NCBI GenBank assembly: GCA_016840095.1
Contig: JAEOSZ010000040.1
Span: 1 to 64,000, forward strand
Direction: 5' to 3'
Origin: Candidatus Heimdallarchaeota archaeon
GTDB taxonomy: Archaea; Asgardarchaeota; Heimdallarchaeia; Heimdallarchaeales; Heimdallarchaeaceae
DNA length: 64,000 nt
The notes beneath the pieces are model-generated. The model saw nothing but the letters and a program-made list of their open reading frames with translations, made no database searches and was not told where the DNA came from. Positions 1 to 9,311 of this stretch are shown here, piece by piece; positions within the stretch are counted from its first letter, which is position 1; the number at the start of each line of letters is the position of its first letter. The position numbers were made by a program, and so were the translations under genes.

Positions 1-2
1 AT

Positions 3-977
3 GGAATTCTAGATAAGGAGAAAACAGGTGGTTTAGAACTTAATTGGGGAAATCAAGAAGCTGCCATGGAGTTGCTCCACCAAATGGCTAGAGGAGAAGG
101 TTTCGGTTTGATTGTAGGTCAAGGAGTAAAAAGAATGAAGAAGATTTTTGCTGAGAAATTTGGTGGAGATCCTAAACTTCTTGATGATATTGGAATGGAA
201 TCAAAGGGATTGGAATTCAGTGAATATATGACTAAAGAATCCCTCGCTCAACAGGGTGGATATGGTTTAGCCTTGAAAGGAGCACAACACGATGAAGCTT
301 GGTTAATCTTCGAGGATATGGTACGTGGTAATTTACCTACCTTCGAGAAAAAAGCAGAAGCACTACACTGGTTCCCAATGTGGAGAACTTCATTTGGTTT
401 GCTTGGTCTGTGTAAGTTACCTTGGAATGATATCGTTCCAGAAGATAACAGAGATTATGCAGCTGGAAAAGTTCGTAAAGATGGTGCTTTTGTTCCTGAT
501 GATTTAGCAGATCCTGCTAAGATACCAGAACATGTTCAAAATTATGTTACTTATTATACAGCTGTAACTGGCAACGAGATTGATTCAGTCGAATATATTA
601 GAATGAGTGAAAGAGTATATAATTTCCAAAGAACACTCAATTTGATGCTTTTACCACCAAGTGTTACATTCAAAGATATAGATTGTATTCCTTACAGAGC
701 AATGGGACCAGTGACTAAAGAAGAATTCATATCTCGAGAAGAACAATATTACAATAAACAGCTTAAAGATGAAATCAAAGTCAATCTAGAAGAGATGAGT
801 ATTTCAGAAAAGATGACTGCATTAAGAGAGTTCAGAGAAGCTAATTATGAGAAACTCAGGAAAACTGTTTATGAACGCAGAGGTTGGGATAAGAATGGAA
901 TTCCTACAATTAAGAAGTTGAAAGAACTTGGAATGGATTTCCCAGAATTAATCGAATTAATTCAACAAAACCAATAA
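3..977 (+). CDS. aor: Aldehyde:ferredoxin oxidoreductase (tungsten AOR family), C-terminal part; 5'-truncated by window edge
   Basis: Frame open from nt 3 (GILDKEKTGGLELNWGN..); AOR-like segments KGLEFSEY, GAQHDEAW, GLCKLPW and C-terminal YERRGWDKNGIPT..KLKELG. Confidence 0.9.
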   Translation, partial: GILDKEKTGGLELNWGNQEAAMELLHQMARGEGFGLIVGQGVKRMKKIFAEKFGGDPKLLDDIGMESKGLEFSEYMTKESLAQQGGYGLALKGAQHDEAWLIFEDMVRGNLPTFEKKAEALHWFPMWRTSFGLLGLCKLPWNDIVPEDNRDYAAGKVRKDGAFVPDDLADPAKIPEHVQNYVTYYTAVTGNEIDSVEYIRMSERVYNFQRTLNLMLLPPSVTFKDIDCIPYRAMGPVTKEEFISREEQYYNKQLKDEIKVNLEEMSISEKMTALREFREANYEKLRKTVYERRGWDKNGIPTIKKLKELGMDFPELIELIQQNQ

Positions 978-1134
978 ACTTCTCCTTTTTTTCTTATTTT
1001 TTATTCGCTTTTATAGTGGATTATTCTACTAGGAATATCCTAAAGATTAAATACTTCGTTTTAACATATATTTAAACTAGAAGTGTTAGTTGGGGTATTA
1101 TTTCTAGCATTTTTAGTAAAGGGGTATAGCTAAA

Positions 1135-1686
1135 ATGAGTTTCCTGGCAAATTTGTTCTCAAGGACTAAAACAGAGAAAAAAGCAAAAGTACTGATATTG
1201 GGGTTAGCGGCTGCAGGCAAGACCACATTAACCAAATATCTACGATATGGGGAGTATGTTAAGGACACAATACCAACTATCGGGCAAAACATTGATTCAC
1301 TAGAATACGAAGGGTGGAAAATTACCACAATAGATGTTGCAGGGCAACAAGATTTTAGATTCTTATGGGATGCACATTATCCTGGAACATCCGCTGTGAT
1401 ATTTGTAATAGATGCAGCTGATATTGAAACTCTTCCAGAAGCTAGGGATATCTTCAGAAAACATGTTTTCAATAACCCAGCACTTAGTAGCGTTCCAGTA
1501 TTAATATTAGCAAATAAACAAGATCTTGAAGGAGCAGTTGAAGCTCCCTTGTTAATACAATTGCTAGGGTTACATTTAGATATGCAAGACCGTACATTTG
1601 CTGTATTCGATTCAAGTATTCTTTATGGGAGAGGTGTAGTTGAAGCTTTCAGTTGGATAGTAAATCAACTAGAAGTAAATGATTAA
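1135..1686 (+). CDS. Arf-like small GTPase
   Basis: G1 GLAAAGKTT, switch I TIPTIG, G3 DVAGQ..FRFLW, G4 NKQD; N-terminal amphipathic extension MSFLANLFSR. Confidence 0.93.
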   Translation: MSFLANLFSRTKTEKKAKVLILGLAAAGKTTLTKYLRYGEYVKDTIPTIGQNIDSLEYEGWKITTIDVAGQQDFRFLWDAHYPGTSAVIFVIDAADIETLPEARDIFRKHVFNNPALSSVPVLILANKQDLEGAVEAPLLIQLLGLHLDMQDRTFAVFDSSILYGRGVVEAFSWIVNQLEVND

Positions 1687-1765
1687 ACCTACCCTCATAT
1701 TTTTCATTTAATCACATTTATTAATGCATATGATGATATTTTCTTAATTTCGCTAGAAATCTTGA

Positions 1766-3859
1766 GTGGGTTGTATATTGAAAAATAATATATTATCTAA
1801 GCACGGAATTAATTTTATTGCTTTTTTGTTTGTAGCTTTCATGTTCATTTCTCCAAGCTTCATTTCTCAAGCAAATAGCTATAATTTCAAAGATCTGAAT
1901 TCTAGTTATTTTACCAATATTGAAAATACTGCACCTTTTCAAACATCATTAAATGACTTGAATAACATTACTGAATTTGAAGAGTTTGTTGATTCGATAA
2001 TCACTCAACAGCTGTTGGATTACAATATTGTTGGAGCAACTTTCACCGCAGTTAATAATGGTAGTTTCTATCTTTCCAAGGGGTACGGCTATAGAAAAAA
2101 GTATCCCCATATTGGTGTAGATCCTAATTCCACTCTTTTCAGAATAGGCTCTGTTTCAAAAACCTTTACTGCTATAGCTGTCTTACAACTTGTTGAGGAT
2201 GGTTTATTGAATCTTGATGAAGATATTAATGAATATCTTACAGCTTTTCAAATTCCAGATACTTACATTGAACCAATTACTCTTAGACATATTCTTACTC
2301 ATACAGCAGGTTTTGAAGAATGGCGTGTAAGTATCGTAGTTCCTACATTCAGTGATGTTCCAGATGTAGAAACTCTCTTAAAAGACTATATCCCTGCACG
2401 GGTTCATCCTCCTGGAGAAATCAGTGCTTATTCAAACTATGGCTTAGGACTAGCAGCATATATTGTTGAAGAAATTTCTGGAAAAGCATTTGAGGATTAC
2501 ATCTATGATGAAATTGCTTCTCCTTTAGGTATGGACTATACTTCATTTGAACAACCTCTTCCAGTAGCTTTGGAAGCTAATATGTCTGATGCTTATGATG
2601 GTGATGGAAACATACAATTTTTTGAAAATGTAATTCTACCAGGTGCAGGTGCTGGATCTTCTTCATCTGGAGATATGGCTAGGTTAATGCTTGCTCTATT
2701 AAATAACGGAACATATGACGGAAGTAGAATCCTAAATAATGAAACTGTAGCTCTTATGTTTGAAAGTCACTTTCAACCTCCTCATCCTTCTTTTATTCCT
2801 GGAGTTGGATTAGGATTATATGAGATGGACGTTATTAATGAGAGTATTATAGGTCATGAAGGAGATACTATTTACTTCCACAGTGGAATGGTACTTTTTC
2901 CCGAGTATGATTTTGGGTATTTTGTTTCTTATAATAGTCAAACTGGTGGATATGCTAGATCTGAGCTGTTATTGGAATTCATTGACTATTTTCTTCCTAA
3001 AGAAAAAGAAGATTTCACTAATCATATAACTGAAAATCTTAGAGATTTTGATGGGATATATCTACTCTCAAGGAGATTGTACTATAAGTACTATACTGCT
3101 TCTCCTCATATATGGTTCGGCTATAGATTTACAATGAAAACAAATTCAACACATCTGATGATTGAAGGAATAAGTGCTCCTTTTACTCAGATTTCTGAAG
3201 ACTTTTTCTGGGCAAAAATTCCTGAATATCCTTATGACTTCTTTGTAGTTTTTATTAGAAATTTAAAAGGAGATGTGACTAATTTTTATGCAAACTTTTT
3301 CCGATCTTTAACTTCGTATGAGAAAATTAATTCAATTTATGCGAATAATCCAATGCAGTTAGTTTTTGCAATAATAATTGGAATTGTATACATCATCATT
3401 CTTGCTTTCTGGGGAATAGATAGAATGTTCAAAACAAAAAGAAAAGATGAGAAGAGATTAAGTATTAAAAGAATATTCAAATGGGGGACTTTTGGTGCAT
3501 CTATTTTTGGAGTCATACCAATGCTTTACTTTGCTATAAAATCACAAAATATCATATTTCTAGCAGCTGATACCAAGGAATACTTAGGATGGTTAATAGC
3601 ACTTCCTTATATAGGTACAGTTCTGTTTGGAGGATTAGTGTTACTTTCTGCTCTAAGCTGGTATGAATTCCGTTCAAAACCAAGTGAATCAAAACAAGAA
3701 GAAAAAACAACAATTAAAAATATTGAAATAGAAAAGACATTTGAGAACAGGAGTAAGAAAGAAAAACCTTTGATGACGAATATTCAATTTACAGTGATAG
3801 CACTGTTTGGAATCTTCGTTATTGTTCTATTCAGTGTTTGGAGAATGTATGGATTCTAA
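1766..3859 (+). CDS. Secreted, membrane-anchored serine hydrolase (beta-lactamase/AmpC-like, peptidase S12) with C-terminal TM helices
   Basis: FRIGSVSK (SxxK), LLTH-like ILTHTAG, YSN, HEG; N-terminal signal, 3-4 C-terminal hydrophobic helices. Confidence 0.9.
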   Translation: MGCILKNNILSKHGINFIAFLFVAFMFISPSFISQANSYNFKDLNSSYFTNIENTAPFQTSLNDLNNITEFEEFVDSIITQQLLDYNIVGATFTAVNNGSFYLSKGYGYRKKYPHIGVDPNSTLFRIGSVSKTFTAIAVLQLVEDGLLNLDEDINEYLTAFQIPDTYIEPITLRHILTHTAGFEEWRVSIVVPTFSDVPDVETLLKDYIPARVHPPGEISAYSNYGLGLAAYIVEEISGKAFEDYIYDEIASPLGMDYTSFEQPLPVALEANMSDAYDGDGNIQFFENVILPGAGAGSSSSGDMARLMLALLNNGTYDGSRILNNETVALMFESHFQPPHPSFIPGVGLGLYEMDVINESIIGHEGDTIYFHSGMVLFPEYDFGYFVSYNSQTGGYARSELLLEFIDYFLPKEKEDFTNHITENLRDFDGIYLLSRRLYYKYYTASPHIWFGYRFTMKTNSTHLMIEGISAPFTQISEDFFWAKIPEYPYDFFVVFIRNLKGDVTNFYANFFRSLTSYEKINSIYANNPMQLVFAIIIGIVYIIILAFWGIDRMFKTKRKDEKRLSIKRIFKWGTFGASIFGVIPMLYFAIKSQNIIFLAADTKEYLGWLIALPYIGTVLFGGLVLLSALSWYEFRSKPSESKQEEKTTIKNIEIEKTFENRSKKEKPLMTNIQFTVIALFGIFVIVLFSVWRMYGF

Positions 3860-4680
3860 GTTAACTTCAAATATTCTCTCTTCTTTCTTTCATAATAGTC
3901 AGCCATTTTTTCTGCTTCTTCTTTTGGAAAAACTCCCAATTCTTGAAATTTATTTTTAAGGAAAGTATCAAAATATAGATTAATAACATCCATTGCTCTG
4001 AATAACTCCTTTCGTGTAGTTTCCTTCACAAGAGTTTGTTCAAACAATTCAAGTCTGCTGGAGTCAAGCTTAATCTCTATTCTTCTATACCCCTCTCTTT
4101 TTCTCTGTGCAAGAATATCTTCAAACATTAAGAGATTTTTTCTATACCAATCTATACAATCCTCTCCATCCCACAATTCACCTCTACCAAACTTAGCAAC
4201 AGTATAGCTAAACCCTAGAAAATGATGAGCGACTCTGTTTTTCAGAAAATCCATATCTATTTCCCATTCTAGATTCTTACTCTTTTCTATCACTTCTTTC
4301 AAGTGACTAGCAGGATCGTAAAGTGCATCTATGAATGCTCTGTCGGGTCTTGCTTGTAATGGTAATTTTCCATAAGAAAAATCAACTTTGATTTCTTCTT
4401 CTTTGTAAAATACAACTAACATTCGATCACTTACAGGAGGAATTGCTGCACACAAATACTCTCCTACTTGTTCAGCTATTTTATATCTATCCTCTAGGAG
4501 GCTCTGTAGAGTATCTTCATCACACAAAATTGTTAAATCTACATCTGAGTACTCATCAGCACTCATTGAACCACTAAGATAAATAGCTTTAACTCTTGAA
4601 TCTTTGCTCAAAAATTCACAAGCTCTAGTTGTTAAAGATTGATGATTAGGAAGGTTTCTAAATCGCTCAACAGTGTACAT
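3856..4680 (-). CDS. Nucleotidyltransferase (Pol-beta fold; aminoglycoside/lincosamide adenylyltransferase-like)
   Basis: LSGS..ADEYSDVDL motif followed by helical C-terminal domain. Confidence 0.75.
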   Translation of the reverse strand: MYTVERFRNLPNHQSLTTRACEFLSKDSRVKAIYLSGSMSADEYSDVDLTILCDEDTLQSLLEDRYKIAEQVGEYLCAAIPPVSDRMLVVFYKEEEIKVDFSYGKLPLQARPDRAFIDALYDPASHLKEVIEKSKNLEWEIDMDFLKNRVAHHFLGFSYTVAKFGRGELWDGEDCIDWYRKNLLMFEDILAQRKREGYRRIEIKLDSSRLELFEQTLVKETTRKELFRAMDVINLYFDTFLKNKFQELGVFPKEEAEKMADYYERKKREYLKLT

Positions 4681-4749
4681 ATGATTGATTTAAATTCATG
4701 TTAAATAAATCTTTATACGAATTTTATTATTGAATTTAACATAATAGAG

Positions 4750-5167
4750 CTAGCAACACCACATACCTCCAGCAATAATAGCTGCAATTGCGGTTAGAAT
4801 TATTAGAGCAATTATTATTACTAATAGAACTATACCTGTAATAATAATCATTTTAGAAGCTGGTACTTATTTGTTGTTACCAATTGCAGCTTGAACAGAG
4901 CTAGAACCTACAATTATGGATGAAAGAGATATCATGAATAATATAATACCAATAACAATCAGGCCTGCAACTCCAGTATTCACTACTATTGCAATAGCTA
5001 ATAAAATTACAAAAACAACTAAACTAATTGTAAAGTAATATTGATTGAATTTCTGCAGTTTATCACTTACTAAAAGTGGAGTTTCAACAATTTCCTTTTT
5101 TGCTTGAAATTCATCTGAATCTGTAATAACATCGTACTTAAGAAATATTCTTCTTAAATTTTTGTTA
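4750..5167 (-). pseudogene. Interrupted small multi-TM membrane protein frame (in-frame TAA at 4867-4869, no canonical start)
   Basis: Manual translation: ..KYDVITDSDEFQAKKEIVETPLLVSDKLQKFNQYYFTISLVVFVILLAIAIVVNTGVAGLIVIGIILFMISLSSIIVGSSSVQAAIGNNK*VPASKMIIITGIVLLVIIALIILTAIAAIIAGGMWCC*. Confidence 0.5.
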
Positions 5168-5253
5168 AATCATGATCAAAAGAATTGAATGCAATGGATA
5201 ACTTTAGTTTTTTTGATATTAATATTTAATAAATATCATACACTCTTACACTC

Positions 5254-5769
5254 ATGAAGAAATCTGTGAAAATCATTCTAATCACTACAATACCAATATT
5301 ACTCGGAGTTGCTGCTTTTGGAGGAACAATACTTTATTCATACCTACAAGTAGATTATTTCATTGGAGATACTAATATAGCATTTGACATTACTCCAGAT
5401 TTTGTGGAAGGTTATATAGGTTTCATAACTTTGACCATACCTGCAGAAATCAGTAATAACGGAGTATATGCTATAAGAGAACTTAATATTACAATAGTCG
5501 TTGAGGGAGAAAATTTCACTCTCTCAACTCTAAATACAGAGTTACTGGCTAAAGGAGAGAACATTCTAGGTGATATTAAGACTGGAGATATTTGGTCAGA
5601 TGATATAGTAGTACAATTAACTTATTACATACCTTTACTTGCAGTTGATGATGGGGATTTTGTTATTAGTATATTCATTAGTCTGAAAGTTGATTTCGCT
5701 ATCTTTAAGGTTCCACTAAACATTGAAGTTGTTGAATTTGTTGGATGGGATTCCCCATTTGGCATCTAA
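5254..5769 (+). CDS. Hypothetical membrane-anchored protein (LEA2/WHy-like beta sandwich possible)
   Basis: N-terminal TM anchor, beta-rich body with ISNNG..I motif. Confidence 0.6.
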   Translation: MKKSVKIILITTIPILLGVAAFGGTILYSYLQVDYFIGDTNIAFDITPDFVEGYIGFITLTIPAEISNNGVYAIRELNITIVVEGENFTLSTLNTELLAKGENILGDIKTGDIWSDDIVVQLTYYIPLLAVDDGDFVISIFISLKVDFAIFKVPLNIEVVEFVGWDSPFGI

Positions 5770-5825
5770 TTCACTTTATTTAGAAATCTTAATAATAAGA
5801 ATCATATATTGCTATTTGAAGAATT

Positions 5826-6935
5826 ATGAGTGCTAATGAAAGTTATATTGATATTGATACTCTTCAAAACTTTATGAAAGATGTTTTTGTAGGTTTAGGT
5901 TATCCTGAAGAACAAGCTCAAATTAGTACAGATGTACTTATTGAGTCAGATCTTAGAGGAATTCGATCACATGGTGTTCAGAGATTGAAATATTATTATG
6001 TAAGAGTTAAAGCAGGACAACATTTGGTGAGTGATTACGAAATTGTAAAAGATGAGGGAGCAACAGCTGTTATAGATGGTAACCATGGAAATGGACACTA
6101 TATCTCCTACAAAGCAATGGAATTAGCTATAGTAAAAGCAAAGAAATTTGGCTTAGGAATGGTTGTTGTTAGAAATAGTACTCATTATGGAATAGCTGGT
6201 TATTATCCTCTAATGGCGATAAAAGAAGGATGTTTAGGTATGACAGGTACCAATGCAAGACCAGCAGTAGCACCAACGTTTGGGGGAGAACCTATGTTTG
6301 GAACAAATCCACTAACTTTCGGTTTTCCAACAGATGAGGAATTTCCGTTTGTTTTAGATTGTGCAACTTCTATCATTCAAAGAGGAAAAGTTGAGATTGC
6401 AGCAAGAGATGGAACTCCTTTACCTGAAGGAGTAGTAATTGATAGAGAAACAGGTCAGATTAGAACTGATGCTGAACAGCTGCTAAAAGATTTTGTAAAG
6501 AATAAAGCAGCTTTGTTAGCCTTAGGTGGTGCAGGAGAGAAACTATCGGGACACAAAGGATATGGATATGCTACAGTTGTAGAAATTCTTTCATCAGCTT
6601 TGCAGGATGGAGTCTTCCTGAAAGATTTATCTGGTCTTGATCAAAACGGAGAACAAACTCATTTCAGAGTAGGTCACTTTTTTATTGCAATTGATCCAGA
6701 ATTCTTCATGGGTTTGGATATTTTCAAAACAATTGCTGGAAATATTTGCAGAGGTCTTAGAAACTCTGACAAAGTTCCTGATGCTATCCGAATTTATACC
6801 GCAGGTGAAAAAGAGTTTGAAGCAGAAAATATTGTCAGAGAACAAGGTGTTCCAATTAGCAAAAGTATACAAGAAGATCTTATTTTCATGAGAGATGAAC
6901 TTAATTTATCTCAGTATCAATTTGATTTTGAATGA
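5826..6935 (+). CDS. Ldh_2-family malate/L-lactate/L-sulfolactate dehydrogenase (ComC/AllD-like)
   Basis: RGIRSHG, RNSTHYG, GTNPL, LDCATS, GHKGYG family motifs. Confidence 0.92.
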   Translation: MSANESYIDIDTLQNFMKDVFVGLGYPEEQAQISTDVLIESDLRGIRSHGVQRLKYYYVRVKAGQHLVSDYEIVKDEGATAVIDGNHGNGHYISYKAMELAIVKAKKFGLGMVVVRNSTHYGIAGYYPLMAIKEGCLGMTGTNARPAVAPTFGGEPMFGTNPLTFGFPTDEEFPFVLDCATSIIQRGKVEIAARDGTPLPEGVVIDRETGQIRTDAEQLLKDFVKNKAALLALGGAGEKLSGHKGYGYATVVEILSSALQDGVFLKDLSGLDQNGEQTHFRVGHFFIAIDPEFFMGLDIFKTIAGNICRGLRNSDKVPDAIRIYTAGEKEFEAENIVREQGVPISKSIQEDLIFMRDELNLSQYQFDFE

Positions 6936-7062
6936 TTCAAAATTACTTCTTCTTCTATCTTTTTTATATTTTTATATGCCTTTATAAATCAATACAAAAA
7001 CATTAAATATCTTCCGTTTTATCTTTATTAATTTCGCTTGAGGTTAAGATTTCAAGAGAAAG

Positions 7063-9276
7063 GTGAAAAATATGATTTTAAAGAAAAAAAAACTGCTACT
7101 ATCTCTTTTTCTCACTGTAACTACTTTACTTACATTCAATCTCTATAACGGAACTACTGTAGTAAAAGCTGCCTTGATACCTCATGGACCTATTGTAATT
7201 CAACAAGATGCTGACTTTGCTCTTTATGGGTTTCCAGGAACAGGAGATCCTTCTACTCCATACATAATTGAAAACTATGAGATTATTACTTCAAACTATG
7301 CAGGGATATTCATTACGCATACAACAAAGAGTTTCATTATTCGTAATTGCTATGTTGATGCCTTTAACAATGGTATTTACATTTATGAAACATATGGAGG
7401 AATTATTGAGGTTGTAAATAACACTTGTGAGTATAACAACCACGTTGGTGTCAGAATCGAATTTGTAGATTCGCCAATCATATCAGAAAACAAATGCTAC
7501 TTCAATCTAGAAAATGGTCTTCGATTTTGGGAAGTCTTATCACCAACAATTATTGATAATAGATGTCAATTCAACCAATACAGTGGTTTACTACTTCTTC
7601 ATTCTGAAAATTCCATTGTAAGGAATAATATTCTCAGTGATAATGGTGGTGATGCAATGGAAGTTAAATTTGCACCAAACTCTGTTTTTACTGATAATAT
7701 ATGTAACAATAACCAATGGCATGGAATCGATATTGCAGATTCTGAAATGTGTACTATAGTTGGAAACGAAGCAAATGGAAATTCAGCTGTAGGAATAATA
7801 CTTATCACATCACCATATGCTACATTAACAGATAATACCTGTAATATCAACCTTGGTGATGGAATAATATTACATGAATCTTCTAATTCTGTTCTTACTG
7901 ATAACACAGCTAATTTCAATCAATATTCAGGGATAGGTACTTCTCGATCATCAAGTATGATTATTCAAGGAAGTTTCTGCTCAAATAATGGATATCTAGG
8001 AATAAGTGTTTTCGATGGATCAAATTTTGAAATTCTAAATAATTATTGCACAGATAATGGCATTTGGGGAATAGAAACTGTCAAGATGGATTATCTAACT
8101 GTACTGAATAATTTCTGCTCGAATAATGGAGTCTGGGGATTTACAACTGATCTATCTAGCAATATTCTAGTAGCTGAAAACGAGTGTACATACAATGGTT
8201 ACAAAGGCATGTTCATAACAAGAGTCAATGAAGGAGATATAACTGATAATTATTGTAGTTATCAATATCGTGAAGATGGAATTTCTGTAGAACAATCATC
8301 TGATTTATACATTGCAGATAATCTCTGTGAATACAACATTGATTTAGGCATCACTATAGGAAGTTCTGATACAATAGTTGTTGAAAGCAATTCATTAGTT
8401 AACAATTACAACTGGGGACTATTTGTTCCTCACTCAACAAATATTGATATCTTCAATAATAATTGTAGCAACAATGCTAACAGAGGTATCTATACAGTTG
8501 AATCAAGATATTTAACAATAATAAACAATATTTGTAACGATAATACTGGAAATGGTGGTATTTTCATTGATGTCACAACCTATTCAACAATTGAAAACAA
8601 TATTGCCAACAATAATAGGTATGGTTTAGCAGCTGTTTACTCAAACTTTACAACTGTATCCAATAATGAATTCAGTTACAATATAATCAATGGAATTGCT
8701 ACTTTAGAATACAGAAATTCAACAATTTCGAATAATATCTGTAACTACAATGGAAATTCAGGTATAATGTTTTATTGGGATACCTATTTCGTTGATGTAA
8801 TTGAAAATGAGTGCAGTTACAACGCACTTTATGGAATTTATTTGAGATCATCCGATTACAACAATATTCTCTCTAATACCCTAGTAGAAAATGTTGGATA
8901 TGGTGTTGTGTTAAACGAATCCAGCGATAACAATTTCATACATCTGAACTACTTTATTGATAATAACTTAGGCTACACCTACTTACAATATTATGAGAGT
9001 CAGGGATATGATGGTTCAGGAACAAACCTTTGGTTTGATGAAGACACTAAAAAAGGAAACTATTACTCAGACTGGAAGAAAAGAGTATCATTCCCAATCC
9101 CTCCAGCTAATACACCACCCCCTCCACCTCCTCCCCCTCCGGCACCACCAACACAAATTCCACCTCCTGATATCCCTCCACCTCCACCTCCACCACCACC
9201 TGCAGCTGTAGGTTATCCAATAGATGGACCTTGGAATGTAGTAGACGAATATCCGTTGAAAATCAAAATTAAATAA
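7063..9276 (+). CDS. Secreted parallel beta-helix (NosD/pectin-lyase-like) protein with polyproline insert
   Basis: Signal peptide; GFPGTGDPSTPYIIENY N-cap; many N-x-C-x-x-N..GI repeats; GNYYSDW...DEYPL C-cap with Pro-rich insert. Confidence 0.88.
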   Translation: MKNMILKKKKLLLSLFLTVTTLLTFNLYNGTTVVKAALIPHGPIVIQQDADFALYGFPGTGDPSTPYIIENYEIITSNYAGIFITHTTKSFIIRNCYVDAFNNGIYIYETYGGIIEVVNNTCEYNNHVGVRIEFVDSPIISENKCYFNLENGLRFWEVLSPTIIDNRCQFNQYSGLLLLHSENSIVRNNILSDNGGDAMEVKFAPNSVFTDNICNNNQWHGIDIADSEMCTIVGNEANGNSAVGIILITSPYATLTDNTCNINLGDGIILHESSNSVLTDNTANFNQYSGIGTSRSSSMIIQGSFCSNNGYLGISVFDGSNFEILNNYCTDNGIWGIETVKMDYLTVLNNFCSNNGVWGFTTDLSSNILVAENECTYNGYKGMFITRVNEGDITDNYCSYQYREDGISVEQSSDLYIADNLCEYNIDLGITIGSSDTIVVESNSLVNNYNWGLFVPHSTNIDIFNNNCSNNANRGIYTVESRYLTIINNICNDNTGNGGIFIDVTTYSTIENNIANNNRYGLAAVYSNFTTVSNNEFSYNIINGIATLEYRNSTISNNICNYNGNSGIMFYWDTYFVDVIENECSYNALYGIYLRSSDYNNILSNTLVENVGYGVVLNESSDNNFIHLNYFIDNNLGYTYLQYYESQGYDGSGTNLWFDEDTKKGNYYSDWKKRVSFPIPPANTPPPPPPPPPAPPTQIPPPDIPPPPPPPPPAAVGYPIDGPWNVVDEYPLKIKIK
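9097..9202 (+). repeat. Polyproline-coding low-complexity tract (CCA/CCT/CCC)
   Basis: IPPANTPPPPPPPPPAPPTQIPPPDIPPPPPPPPP. Confidence 0.9.
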
Positions 9277-9311
9277 TTAATTGTGAAGCAATTTCACAAT
9301 TTTTCTTTTTT

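Noticed and set aside
1766-4680. Antibiotic-resistance cassette (beta-lactamase + aminoglycoside nucleotidyltransferase)
   Set aside because: Both belong to broad families with many non-resistance functions; there is no mobile context and specificity cannot be read from sequence.
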